NCBI GenBank assembly: GCA_963422395.1
Contig: OY729431.1
Location: forward strand, 128,001-192,000
DNA: 64,000 nt
From: Vicinamibacteria bacterium
GTDB lineage: Bacteria; Acidobacteriota; Vicinamibacteria; Marinacidobacterales; Marinacidobacteraceae
Reading direction: 5' to 3'
Position 1 is the first letter of the stretch; every line of letters starts with the position of its first letter. Positions 48,599 through 58,231 of this stretch are shown here, piece after piece. The notes beneath the pieces are model-generated. The model made no database searches. It saw only the letters and a list, made by a program, of their open reading frames with translations, and had not been told where the DNA came from. A program made the position numbers and the translations under genes.

Positions 48599-49719
48599 TG
48601 CCCACCGCCCATTCGAAAATGTCGATCCACTCCCGCTCCCGCCGATTCGGTTCGGGATGCTCCGGCCTGACCCCGGTGGCTGCTGGAGCCGTTCTCCTGG
48701 CGCTCGGCGCCGTCGGCTGCGGGGAAGAGAGCGGTTTTGCGGCGGAAGAGAGCGCCTCGGCGCCCGCCGACTCGCGCGTGGTGGTGGAGGTCTGGCCGAT
48801 CGCTCCGGGGTCCCTCACCGATGTACTCGAGATTTCAGGCCGCCTCGAGCCGCGGGCGGAAGTGCTCGTCTCGGCGGAACTCGGCGGCGCCGTCGAGGAA
48901 GTCCTCTTCGACAAAGGACATCGGGTGGAGAAGGGGCAACTTCTGGCACGGGTGGGTTCGGACCTGCTGCAGGCCGCCCTGAACGAAGCGGAAGCCGATC
49001 TCGACGAGGCGCGCATCGAACATGAGCGGGCCCGCCGGCTCGTCGAGCGTGAAGCGGCCCCCGAGCAGACGCTCACCGCTGCCGAAGCGAACCTGAAGCG
49101 CACCGAAGCCCGGGTGGAATCGGCGCAGCTCCGCCTCGCCCGCTCGGAGATCTCCGCTCCGGCAGACGGGGTCGTCGTCCAGCGCGCCATCGAGCCGGGA
49201 GAAGTGGTCGGCCCCGGGAGTCCGGTGGCGGTGCTCCACGACACCTCCCGGCTTCGGGCCACGGTCGGCATTCCCGAGACCGATATCGCGTTCTTTCGCG
49301 TCGGCAGTCCGGCGGAGGTGCAGGTGGATGCGTATTCGGATCGTTCTTTCGAAGGACGCATCGCTTACATCGCGCCGAACGCCACCCAGCCGGGGCGGAA
49401 CTTCCAGGCTGAAGTGGAGATCGAAAACGAGGACGGATCACTTCGCTCCGGCCTCATCGTCCGGACTCGGCTGGAACGCCATGCCTATGAACAGGCGGTG
49501 GTGATCGATCGCGATCTGCTGATGGAGCGCGACGGTGTCCTCTACGCGTTCGTTCTCGATGGCGGCGAAGCAGCGATGCGCACGGTCGCCATCGGGCCCG
49601 ACGAGGGCGACCGGGTGGTAATCACCGCCGGTCTCGCAATCGGTGAAACGCTCATCGTGGGCGGCCACCGGAACCTGCTGGACGGCCAGCCGGTCCGGGT
49701 GGCAGCGCGGGCGAACTGA
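48598..49719 (+). CDS. RND periplasmic adaptor (MFP)
   Basis: GHRVEKGQLLA, ISAPADGVV, GLAIGETLIVGG. Confidence 0.92.
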   Translation: MPTAHSKMSIHSRSRRFGSGCSGLTPVAAGAVLLALGAVGCGEESGFAAEESASAPADSRVVVEVWPIAPGSLTDVLEISGRLEPRAEVLVSAELGGAVEEVLFDKGHRVEKGQLLARVGSDLLQAALNEAEADLDEARIEHERARRLVEREAAPEQTLTAAEANLKRTEARVESAQLRLARSEISAPADGVVVQRAIEPGEVVGPGSPVAVLHDTSRLRATVGIPETDIAFFRVGSPAEVQVDAYSDRSFEGRIAYIAPNATQPGRNFQAEVEIENEDGSLRSGLIVRTRLERHAYEQAVVIDRDLLMERDGVLYAFVLDGGEAAMRTVAIGPDEGDRVVITAGLAIGETLIVGGHRNLLDGQPVRVAARAN

Positions 49720-49734
49720 CGGCGGAGATCCCTC

Positions 49735-52700
49735 ATGAAAGTCACCGAGTACGCCATCCGACACCGGCTGTCGGTCTATTTCCTGATCCTCATCCTCTGT
49801 CTCGGAGGAGTCGGGGTCTATGTCTCGATGCCGCGGGAGTCGTTCCCCGAGGTCGAGATTCCCTTCGTCGTGGTGTACACCGTCTATCCGGGGGTGAGTC
49901 CCACCGATATGGAGACGCTGGTCACCCGCCCTATCGAAACCGAACTGAAAGCGGTCTCGGGGGTCAAGGAGATCCGTTCGACCACCAGCGAGGGGCTGTC
50001 CAGCATCGAGGTGGAGTTCAATCCGGAACAGGACCTCGAGACCGCGCTCGCGAATGTCCGGGAGAAAGTGGACCTCGCGAAGCCCGATTTGCCCCCCGAG
50101 GCCGAGGATCCCCGGGTCCAGGATGTGGACTTCTCGCAGCTCCCCATCCTGCTCGTGACCCTTTCGGGTCCGGTGGGGGTCCAGCAGCTCACCGAAGTCG
50201 CCGAGGAGATGCAGGAGGACATCGAGGCGCTCCCCGGAGTCAACCGGGTGAATGTGGTCGGCGGGAGGGAACGGGAGGTCCATGTACAGGTGGATCCCAA
50301 GCGGCTCTCGTTCTTCGAGCTGAGCCTCTCGGACCTGGTGATCGCAGTGGCCCGGGAGAACCGGAACGTTCCCGGCGGCGAGATCGCCGTCGGCGGGCTC
50401 GAATACCTCGTCCGACTCCCGGCGGAGGTGCGGAATCCGTCCGAGATCGAGGACTTCGTGATCAAGGTCCGGGACGGCGAACCGGTCTTCGTGCGCGATG
50501 TGGCGACCGTGGTCTTCGGGTTCGAAGACGAGTCCAGCCGCTCGCGGGTGGACCGGGAGCCCTCCGTCACCCTCAGCGTCGAAAAGCGCACCGGGGCGAA
50601 CCTCGTCTCGGTGGCAGACCTGGTGAACGCGGAAATCACCCGCTGGGACGAGCAGCTTCCTGCCGGGATCCGCGCCTCGGTGCTCGGAGACATCTCGGTC
50701 GAGATCCGGCGCATGGTGAACGAGCTGGAGAACAATGTGATCTCCGGGCTGCTGCTGGTGGTCGGCTGCCTGATGGCCTTCGTCGGGCTGCGGAACTCGT
50801 TCTTCGTCGGCGTGGCGATCCCTCTCTCGATGATGGCCTCGTTCCTGGTGCTCGGCTGGATCGGCTACACCCTGAACATGATGGTGCTGTTCAGCCTCAT
50901 CCTCATGTTGGGCATGCTGGTGGACAACGCGGTGGTGATCGTCGAAAACATCTACCGGCACCGCGAACAGGGCGCCCGCGGGCCGGCCGCGGCCTACGCG
51001 GCGACCACCGAGGTCGCCCGCCCGGTGATCGCTTCCACGATCACCACTCTGTGTGCGTTCTCCCCCCTGCTGATCTGGCCGGGGATCATCGGGGACTTCA
51101 TGTCCTATCTCCCGGTGACCCTCATCATCGGCCTCTCCGCGTCGCTCTTCGTGGCGCTCATCATCAACCCCACCCTCTGCGCCCACCTGATGAAGCCGCC
51201 GCGCCGCGGCGTCCGCAAGCCGGACGAGGAGCACGCCTTTCGGCGCGCCTACCGCCGGCTCCTCGAGTGGTCGCTCCGTCCGGGCGCCGATGCCGGAACC
51301 CGCGGCTGGTTCCTCCGGAACTGGGCGCTACCGGCGGCGTTCGTCCTGTTTCTCGGATTCGGCGCCACCCTGGCTCTCGCTGGCATGTTCTTCCAGACCG
51401 ACGCCCTGATGCCCGCAGTGGCGGGTTTCGCCGGGCTCGGGGTGCTGGCCTTCACCCTCCAGGGGATCCTGTGGTTCGGCTCGAGCCTGATCCGCCGTCT
51501 CTTCGGCTGGCCCCCGTACATCACCGATCACCGCTCCGGCTGGATCTGGACGATGTGCGCGATCCTGGTCGGAACGGTCGGGATCTACACCGTGGTCGGC
51601 AAGGGAGTGGAGTTGTTCCCCGAGGTGGAGCCGCGGCAGATCATCATCAGCGTGGACGCTCCGGCCGGATCGAGCCTCGCGAGCTCTGACGAGGTGGTGG
51701 GCCGTATCGAGGAGCTGACCACCGGCACGGTGGACATGAAGCACCAGATCGCCAATGTGGGCTCCACCGGCCTCAGCCTCACTCCGGATGCGGGGGGCGG
51801 TGGAGGCAGCCCGAACCAGAGCCGCGTTTCGCTCTACATGCAAGAGCGCGCCGACCGCACGGTCCGCGACACCTTCACCACCATGGAAGGGGTTCGAGAG
51901 TCTCTCGTCGACATCGTCGGGGCGAATATCAAGGTCGATGCTCCCCAGGACGGACCGCCCACCGGAGCTGCGGTCTCGGTGCGCATCCTCGGCGACGATC
52001 TGGACGAGATCACCCGGCTGGCCGAAGAGGTGCAGGCGCGGGTCCGGGGCATCGAGGGGCTCGTGAACCTCGACGACGACATCGAGGAGGGCAAGCCGGA
52101 ACTCCGGGTCGAGGTGGACCGCGAGGAGGCGATGCGTTCGGGGGTCAACACCCAGATCATCGCGGCCACCGTCCAGACCGGAATCCTCGGCGCCGAGGCG
52201 TCCAAGTACCGGATCGGAGAAGACGAACACGACATTCGGGTGCGGCTCGCCCCGGAAGCCCGGCGCTCCCTCGACGATATCGGCGAGCTCACCGTGCCCG
52301 ACGAGGACGGAGTGCCGGTCCCGATCCGGGCGGTGGCCGAGCTCCGCCACGGAGTGGGTCCAGCCGCAGTCCGCCGCGTCGATCTGAACCGGGTGGCGAC
52401 GATCCAAGGAGATGTGGTCCGCGAGTCCGGCCGCACCGAGGCGAGCGTGCGCGAGGAAGTGGCAGCGGAACTGGACGCGATGGACTGGCCGCCCGGCTAT
52501 CGCTGGGAATTCTCCGGCGCGAACCAGGAAGAGCAGATGGCGACCGAATTCCTGTCCCGCGCCTTCGTGATCGCTCTGCTGCTCATCCTGATGGTGCTGG
52601 TGACCCAGTTCGACTCGCTGGTGCTGCCGCTCGCCATCATCACCTCGGTGGCCCTCTCGGTGATCGGCGTCCTCTGGGGACTGATCCTCACCGGCACGGC

Positions 52701-53148
52701 GTTCGGGATCATCATGACCGGCATCGGGGTGATCTCGTTGGCCGGGATCGTGGTGAACAACGCCATCGTGCTCTGCGACTTCATCCGCCAGCTCCGAAAG
52801 AAGGGACTCAGCCGCCACGACGCAGTGGTGGAGGCGGGGTCCATCCGGCTCCGCCCGGTGCTTCTCACTGCGGTGACCACGGTGCTCGGGCTCGTTCCGC
52901 TGACCTTGGGACTGAACATCGATTTCTTCAGCCTCTCGGTGTCCACCGGAGGCGAGAGCTCCCAGTTCTGGGCTTCCATGGGCGTCGCGGTGATCTTCGG
53001 ACTGACCGTCGCCACCGTGCTCACCCTGGTGGTGGTACCGGTGACCTACGACAGCCTCGACGGCCTCTCGGAGGCGATCGCCGGCTATCGGGAGCGCCGG
53101 CGTGAAACGGGGCGCTCCGAAACCGGCGCACTTCCCGCCGACGCCTGA
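49735..53148 (+). CDS. RND efflux permease
   Basis: PRESFPEV, GMLVDNAVV, GIVVNNAIV, RLRPVLLT. Confidence 0.95.
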   Translation: MKVTEYAIRHRLSVYFLILILCLGGVGVYVSMPRESFPEVEIPFVVVYTVYPGVSPTDMETLVTRPIETELKAVSGVKEIRSTTSEGLSSIEVEFNPEQDLETALANVREKVDLAKPDLPPEAEDPRVQDVDFSQLPILLVTLSGPVGVQQLTEVAEEMQEDIEALPGVNRVNVVGGREREVHVQVDPKRLSFFELSLSDLVIAVARENRNVPGGEIAVGGLEYLVRLPAEVRNPSEIEDFVIKVRDGEPVFVRDVATVVFGFEDESSRSRVDREPSVTLSVEKRTGANLVSVADLVNAEITRWDEQLPAGIRASVLGDISVEIRRMVNELENNVISGLLLVVGCLMAFVGLRNSFFVGVAIPLSMMASFLVLGWIGYTLNMMVLFSLILMLGMLVDNAVVIVENIYRHREQGARGPAAAYAATTEVARPVIASTITTLCAFSPLLIWPGIIGDFMSYLPVTLIIGLSASLFVALIINPTLCAHLMKPPRRGVRKPDEEHAFRRAYRRLLEWSLRPGADAGTRGWFLRNWALPAAFVLFLGFGATLALAGMFFQTDALMPAVAGFAGLGVLAFTLQGILWFGSSLIRRLFGWPPYITDHRSGWIWTMCAILVGTVGIYTVVGKGVELFPEVEPRQIIISVDAPAGSSLASSDEVVGRIEELTTGTVDMKHQIANVGSTGLSLTPDAGGGGGSPNQSRVSLYMQERADRTVRDTFTTMEGVRESLVDIVGANIKVDAPQDGPPTGAAVSVRILGDDLDEITRLAEEVQARVRGIEGLVNLDDDIEEGKPELRVEVDREEAMRSGVNTQIIAATVQTGILGAEASKYRIGEDEHDIRVRLAPEARRSLDDIGELTVPDEDGVPVPIRAVAELRHGVGPAAVRRVDLNRVATIQGDVVRESGRTEASVREEVAAELDAMDWPPGYRWEFSGANQEEQMATEFLSRAFVIALLLILMVLVTQFDSLVLPLAIITSVALSVIGVLWGLILTGTAFGIIMTGIGVISLAGIVVNNAIVLCDFIRQLRKKGLSRHDAVVEAGSIRLRPVLLTAVTTVLGLVPLTLGLNIDFFSLSVSTGGESSQFWASMGVAVIFGLTVATVLTLVVVPVTYDSLDGLSEAIAGYRERRRETGRSETGALPADA

Positions 53149-53201
53149 CCGGCGGGGTCCCGGTCGGATCTTCCCGACCGGGAGCCGCTCGCTCCGCGGC
53201 A

Positions 53202-53223
53202 CGGCCGTGTGACTTCGTCCACG
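53202..53223. repeat. Degenerate fragment of the MITE end
   Basis: ggccgtgtgacttcgtccac versus ggccgtgtgactttgtccac near 22590. Confidence 0.5.
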
Positions 53224-53485
53224 AGAGCTGGTTCGGCGGTTTGTCTCGGCTGCCCTGATCGAGGCGGGTCTTCACCCCCTTCGGGCGGGCGTTGCCAAGC
53301 GGTCCGCTCTCGTGCCCGCCAGCTCGCCGGGCCTTCCCCGACCCTGCCGTAATATCCGCGCCGACACCCGGATTCACAGGGGTGGAAAACCCGGGGAGGA
53401 GACCCGGGGTTCGGCTGGATGGGCGGAACGGCCGCCGCCCCTCCAAGAGTAGAGATCTGGAAGAGATCGAGTTTGCCTTAGTTCC

Positions 53486-53572
53486 GGAGGGGTGCAAGAG
53501 CGGCTGAATTGGCCAGCCCGGAAAGCTGGTGTACCGGCAACGGTACCGTGGGTTCGAATCCCACCCCCTCCG
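53486..53572 (+). tRNA. tRNA-Ser(GGA)
   Basis: Acceptor stem ggagggg/cccctcc, anticodon stem ccagc/gctgg with GGA at 53520-53522, long variable arm gtaccg/cggtac, T-loop ggttcgaatcc. Confidence 0.95.
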
Positions 53573-53745
53573 CCGAACTGGCCTTGCGAAAGGTCATTCG
53601 GTTCCCCGAAATCGAGCCTTTCCCCACTGTTTTGGTGGTTTCCGACGAATTCGACGGCGAATTCTCCACAGACCGACTGATTTCCAAGCAAACACAACCC
53701 AAACACAAACACCTGAAGGATCGCCGCCCGGAACCTCGAGGCGCC

Positions 53746-55674
53746 ATGAGCGGCGGCCGCCCCCCGCTCCGCCACCACGAAGAGCTGACCCCCGAATTCG
53801 TCGAGGCGGCGCCGGAAGGGCGCTTCGACGACGGCAACGGCCTGGCGCTGTTCGTCGCGGAAGACGGCTCGCGCCGCTGGAAGCAGCAGCTCCGGCTCCG
53901 GGGCCGCGATTACTGGGTGGGCCTGGGCAACGCCGCGGTGATCCCGCTCGAAGAGGTGCGGGCGCTGGCGCTCGAGAACTTCGAGTCCGCCCGCCGCCGG
54001 GAGGAGGCCGAGAAGATCGAGAAGGAGACGGCGCCGGAGCAGGAGCAGGCGGTCCAGGCCCCGGCCGAGCCCGCCCGCCGCCCGCGGCGGCGGCGGAAGC
54101 TCTGCGACGAGCTCACCGTCGAGCGCATCGAGCAGAACCCGGCGGGGCGCTACGCCGACGGGCGGGGCCTCCACCTGAGCATCTCCCCGACGGGGGTGCG
54201 CCGCTGGTACCAGGTGGTCACCTCCCGCGGGAAGACGCACCGGATCGACCTCGACCTGTATCCGAAGGTTTCGCTCGCGGCGGCGCGGGCGCGGGCGCTC
54301 GAGAACTGGGAGATCGCCCGCGCCGGCGGCGACCTCTCCGGCCGGGACGCCACCGGGCTGACGCTCTCGCAGAAGCGGAGCATCGCCGCCCGGCAGGCGG
54401 CGGCCTGGCGGGACTACGCGCTGACGCTCAGCGAGGAGATCGTCGAGCAGGCGCCGCCGGGGCGCCACCCGGACGGCAACGGGCTGGCGCTGGTGGTCTC
54501 CAACCGCGGGGTGCGGCACTGGAATCAGCGGCTGGTCATCGACGGGCGGACGCGCTCCTTCGGCCTGGGGAGCACTGCGGATCTCTCGCTCGCGGCGGCG
54601 CGGGAGCTGGCGCAGAAGAACCGGGAGATCGCCGGCGAAGGCCGGGATCCGCGGCGGAAGCTGCCGATCCGCTGGGCCGGCAGCCGCGGGCCGGCCGGGA
54701 CGACGGGCCGCCGCGGCGCTGCCCTCGTCCGCCGGGCGATCCGGGCCGCGGGCCAGGGGGTTTCGCTCGCGGAGGCGATGACCTTCGAGCAGGCGGCGGC
54801 GGCGGTGCTCGATCTGCACCGCGACAGCTGGGTGAAGAAGCACATCGAGGAATGGGAGTCCGCGCTGCGGCGCTTCGTCTTCCCGAACCTGGGGGTGTTG
54901 CCGATCTCGAAGATCACCCCGCAGCAGGTGGTCGAGGTGCTCCGCCCGATCTGGCGGGATCGGCCGGTGACCGCGCAGCGGGTGCGGCAGCGGATGGGGC
55001 TGGTGTTCCGCTGGGCGCAGGCGACCGGCATCCGCCCCGACGACCCGGCGGCGGCGGCGAATGTGATGCTGCCGCGGCAACGGCACCAGGTTCGGCACTT
55101 CAAGGCGCTGCCCCACGCCGAGGTGCGGGAAGTGATCGCCCGGGTGCGAGCCGCGCCGTCCGCCGCCGCCGTCCGGCAGGGGCTCGAATTCCTGATTCTG
55201 ACCGCCGCGCGCTCCGGCGAAGTGCGGCGGGCCAGCTGGGGGGAGATCGACATGACGCAGCGGCTCTGGACGGTGCCGGCGGAGCGGATGAAGGCGAAGC
55301 GCCAGCACCGGGTGCCGCTGGCGCCCGCAGCCGTCGCGCTCCTCGTCGAGGCGGGCGGCGGCCAGGGGAAGAAGCCGGACAGCGCGCTGCTCTTCCCCAG
55401 CTCGAGCGGGGCCCCGCTCTCCGACGGGACCTTCGGGAAGCTGCTCCGCTCCCTCGAGGTCGCGGCGGTGCCGCACGGTTTCCGCACCAGCTTCCGCACC
55501 TGGTGCGCGGAGAAGACCCCCTTCCCCCGCGAGGTCGCCGAACGGGCGCTCGCCCACATCGTCCGCGACGCCACCGTGGCGGCTTACGACCGCTCCGACC
55601 TACTCGCCAAGCGTCGCGAGCTGATGGAGCTGTGGTCCCACTATGTGCAGCCGATCCGGAGGCTCTTCAGGTGA
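53746..55674 (+). CDS. P4-like tyrosine integrase with three arm-DNA-binding (DUF4102-like) domains
   Basis: Catalytic TAARSGE, MKAKR, HGFR, LAH, AAY; three DG[NR]GLxL...W repeats. Confidence 0.93.
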   Translation: MSGGRPPLRHHEELTPEFVEAAPEGRFDDGNGLALFVAEDGSRRWKQQLRLRGRDYWVGLGNAAVIPLEEVRALALENFESARRREEAEKIEKETAPEQEQAVQAPAEPARRPRRRRKLCDELTVERIEQNPAGRYADGRGLHLSISPTGVRRWYQVVTSRGKTHRIDLDLYPKVSLAAARARALENWEIARAGGDLSGRDATGLTLSQKRSIAARQAAAWRDYALTLSEEIVEQAPPGRHPDGNGLALVVSNRGVRHWNQRLVIDGRTRSFGLGSTADLSLAAARELAQKNREIAGEGRDPRRKLPIRWAGSRGPAGTTGRRGAALVRRAIRAAGQGVSLAEAMTFEQAAAAVLDLHRDSWVKKHIEEWESALRRFVFPNLGVLPISKITPQQVVEVLRPIWRDRPVTAQRVRQRMGLVFRWAQATGIRPDDPAAAANVMLPRQRHQVRHFKALPHAEVREVIARVRAAPSAAAVRQGLEFLILTAARSGEVRRASWGEIDMTQRLWTVPAERMKAKRQHRVPLAPAAVALLVEAGGGQGKKPDSALLFPSSSGAPLSDGTFGKLLRSLEVAAVPHGFRTSFRTWCAEKTPFPREVAERALAHIVRDATVAAYDRSDLLAKRRELMELWSHYVQPIRRLFR

Positions 55675-55704
55675 GCGGCGGCGGGGGGCGGCGGGGGCGC
55701 TGAC

Positions 55705-55869
55705 ATGCCGCGGGCGAAGGAATACCGCGCCCGCCGGTCGGCGGGGATATGCGTCGAGTGCCCGACCGGCACCGCGGCCTCGCGCTGCCCCGAGTGCCGC
55801 CGGCGCGAACGGCTGCGGTCGCGGGCGAAGGCGCGGAGCGAGCGGTCGCGGGGGAAGTCGCGGCGATGA
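55705..55869 (+). CDS. 54-aa basic Zn-finger protein
   Basis: Manual translation: MPRAKEYRARRSAGICVECPTGTAASRCPECRRRER...; ATGA-coupled to the next gene. Confidence 0.6.
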   Translation: MPRAKEYRARRSAGICVECPTGTAASRCPECRRRERLRSRAKARSERSRGKSRR

Positions 55870-56252
55870 CGATCGCAGCGGCGAGGGCGCTCGTCGCCGC
55901 CACCGACAACGAGCGCTCCGCTCCGCAGTTCAGCGAAGAGCTGCGCGAGGAGCTCCGCCGCATCCTCGACCCGAAGCCCTTTCCGATGCCTGGGCATCGG
56001 ATCCGGGTGCACTGCCGCAGCTGCGGGGCCGAGGACTGGGAAACCTGCCCGCCATCGCCGCCGATGTGCTCGCAACTGACCTGGTTCTGCGGGCCGTGCC
56101 GGCACGACTGGAACCTGCCGTCGCCGGCATTCGCCCTCCCTACCGGGCGCTACCTGTCGGTTCCCGAATACCAGGCGCGGTACCGGCGCACCCAGGAGAA
56201 GCGGCGGCTGCTGGCCGAGGCGCCCGGGATGCTGGCGGGGGCAGGCGGCTGA
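55866..56252 (+). CDS. Hypothetical Zn-ribbon protein
   Basis: CRSC...CGPC; coupled to neighbours at both ends. Confidence 0.6.
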   Translation: MTIAAARALVAATDNERSAPQFSEELREELRRILDPKPFPMPGHRIRVHCRSCGAEDWETCPPSPPMCSQLTWFCGPCRHDWNLPSPAFALPTGRYLSVPEYQARYRRTQEKRRLLAEAPGMLAGAGG

Positions 56253-58231
56253 TGCCGGCGTTCGCGGCGGCGATCAGGGCGCTTTCGGCCGCCGGCGCCC
56301 AGCTGGTGCGGCTCGACTCCGCCAAGAAACCGATCGATCGCCGCTGGCTGAAACAGGGGTGCCGCCCCGAAGCGGCGGCCCGCCACCTGGCGGCGCCGGG
56401 GGGCGGCCTCCTCGGCCTGATCCCGGCCTCGGTCGGGGCGCTGGTGGTGGACCTGGACCGGGGGGCGGCGGCGGAGGTCGAGGAGCGCCTGGGCCAGTCG
56501 GCAGCCGCCCGGCTGCCCAGCCGGCGGGCCGGCGGGGCGCACCTGTTCTATCGGGCGGCGGCAGGGCTCTGGTGCGGGAACAAACAATTCCGCCTTCCCG
56601 GCGGCGCCGGCGGGGAGATTCGCCACGCGAACGGCTGCGTGGCACTCCACGCCCTGGCCGAAGTGCCGCGGGCGCTGACCGCGCTCGCCGTCGCCGCGCC
56701 GCTCTCCCCGGACCGCCTCGACCTGCTGCTCGAAGGCAGCGGCTCCGCCGGCGCCGGGCGGACGGCGCCCGCGCTCCACGGCCCGGAGGCGGTCCTGGCG
56801 GCGGCGAAGGGCGAGCGGAACCTGCGGCTGAACGGCGAGGCGTTCCGCGAAGCGCGGCGCGGCTCGCTGACGCCCGAGCGCCGAGCCGCCTACCGGGCGG
56901 CGGCGGTCGCCTCCGGGCTGCCTCCGGAGGAGGCGGCCCGCACGCTGGACAACGCCGAGCGCGGCGCGAAGAAGAAGGCGGGGACGAGAGCGGCAGGAAT
57001 TCCCTCTGGGCCCGCTGCCCACCGCCCGGCGCCCCCCGCTGCCGGCGAGACGGCGCCCCGAGCAGCAGCGACGGCACCCGCCGCCGGAGCGGCGCTGCTC
57101 GACCGTCTCGCCGAAGAGTTCGCGCGGGTGGCGCCGCTGCCGCCCGGAGGGAGCGCGGCGCTGGCGCTGTGGGCGGTTTCCACCTGGACGGTCGAACGCT
57201 TCCCGGTGGCGCCGCTGCTGTTGCTGCTGGCCTCGGCCCGCCGCCGCCCCGCCGGCGAGAAGGCGATCCTCGAAGCCCTCGCCGCCGTGGTCCGCGAGCC
57301 GCAGCCGATCTCCGGGATCGTCGATCCCGCCGGTCTCTACGCGGCGGCTGACCCATCTGGCCCCGGCGCCGGCAGCAGCCTGCGCCCGCCGACCGGCCTG
57401 CTCCACGAAGTGGGGCGGCGCGGCGCGCCGCTGCGGAAGGCGCTGCGGGAAGCGCTGCGGGATGGTGCGTTCCGCCGGTGGCAGGTTCGGGGGGAGGGGG
57501 CGCGGACGGCGTTCGCGGCGCGGGCGGTGGGGCTTTGCCGCGGGAAGGCGCCGGAGGAACTCGCGCCGCTCGCGGTGACGCTGCAGCTGCCGGGGCTGCG
57601 TCCGGCGGCGGCGCCGTCGTTGTTTCGCGTGGAACCTCCGGCGGCCTTCTCGCGGGCGCTCGCCGGTGCGGCAGAGGCGGCGGCGGCGGCGCTCGCTCCC
57701 GCCCTCGCTCCCGACGGCCGCTCTCCCGACGGGGTTCCCGACGGGATTCCGCAGTCCTGGGGGCCGCTGCTCGCGCTCGCCGCGGCGGCGGGCGCCGGCT
57801 GGCGGCAGCGCGCCCGGCGGGCGGCGGAGGCCGTCGCCCGGCAGCATCCGAACAGCCCCTGGACGGCGGTGCTGGTCGCGGATCTGCGGGCGCTCGCGGC
57901 GGCGCGCGGCGCGGAATGGCCCGACCTGGGGCGCTTCCTGGCCACCGAGGACGCGCTCGCCGGGCTGGCGGCGATGCCGGGGCGCCCCTGGGCCGCCTGG
58001 AGCGGCGGGGTCGCCATCACCTCGCAGGCGGTGCGCCGCCTGCTCTACCCGGCGGGGATCGGAGCCGTCCGCGAGCCTTGCAGCTCGGTTGCTCGCCGCC
58101 ACGGCCGGCGCCGGCGCGGCTACCGCCTCGCCGACCTGCGGCTGCCGGCGGAGTGGGAGCAGCCGGGCAGCGGCAGCGCCGGCGAAGCAGCAGCAGCAGC
58201 GGCCCCCGAGCCGGCGGGCGGCCCGCGATGA
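56252..58231 (+). CDS. Bifunctional primase/polymerase (Prim-Pol) with PriCT-like and DUF3631-like regions
   Basis: KKP, LVVDLD, GGAHLFY, GERNLRLN; C-terminal SWGPLLALA...RARRAA...PWAAW...RGYRLADL. Confidence 0.75.
   Translation: MPAFAAAIRALSAAGAQLVRLDSAKKPIDRRWLKQGCRPEAAARHLAAPGGGLLGLIPASVGALVVDLDRGAAAEVEERLGQSAAARLPSRRAGGAHLFYRAAAGLWCGNKQFRLPGGAGGEIRHANGCVALHALAEVPRALTALAVAAPLSPDRLDLLLEGSGSAGAGRTAPALHGPEAVLAAAKGERNLRLNGEAFREARRGSLTPERRAAYRAAAVASGLPPEEAARTLDNAERGAKKKAGTRAAGIPSGPAAHRPAPPAAGETAPRAAATAPAAGAALLDRLAEEFARVAPLPPGGSAALALWAVSTWTVERFPVAPLLLLLASARRRPAGEKAILEALAAVVREPQPISGIVDPAGLYAAADPSGPGAGSSLRPPTGLLHEVGRRGAPLRKALREALRDGAFRRWQVRGEGARTAFAARAVGLCRGKAPEELAPLAVTLQLPGLRPAAAPSLFRVEPPAAFSRALAGAAEAAAAALAPALAPDGRSPDGVPDGIPQSWGPLLALAAAAGAGWRQRARRAAEAVARQHPNSPWTAVLVADLRALAAARGAEWPDLGRFLATEDALAGLAAMPGRPWAAWSGGVAITSQAVRRLLYPAGIGAVREPCSSVARRHGRRRRGYRLADLRLPAEWEQPGSGSAGEAAAAAAPEPAGGPR

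Noticed and set aside
639-53202. Many long Arg/Pro/Ala-rich ORFs in the track (e.g. 639-3149, 8648-11344, 17976-20078, 51328-53202)
   Set aside because: Shadow frames of real genes in high-GC DNA; no recognisable motifs
53330-53485. Possible ncRNA upstream of the tRNA (hairpin aaccccgggg..cccggggtt)
   Set aside because: No recognisable family; may simply be the tRNA leader after a TAATAT -10-like box at 53350
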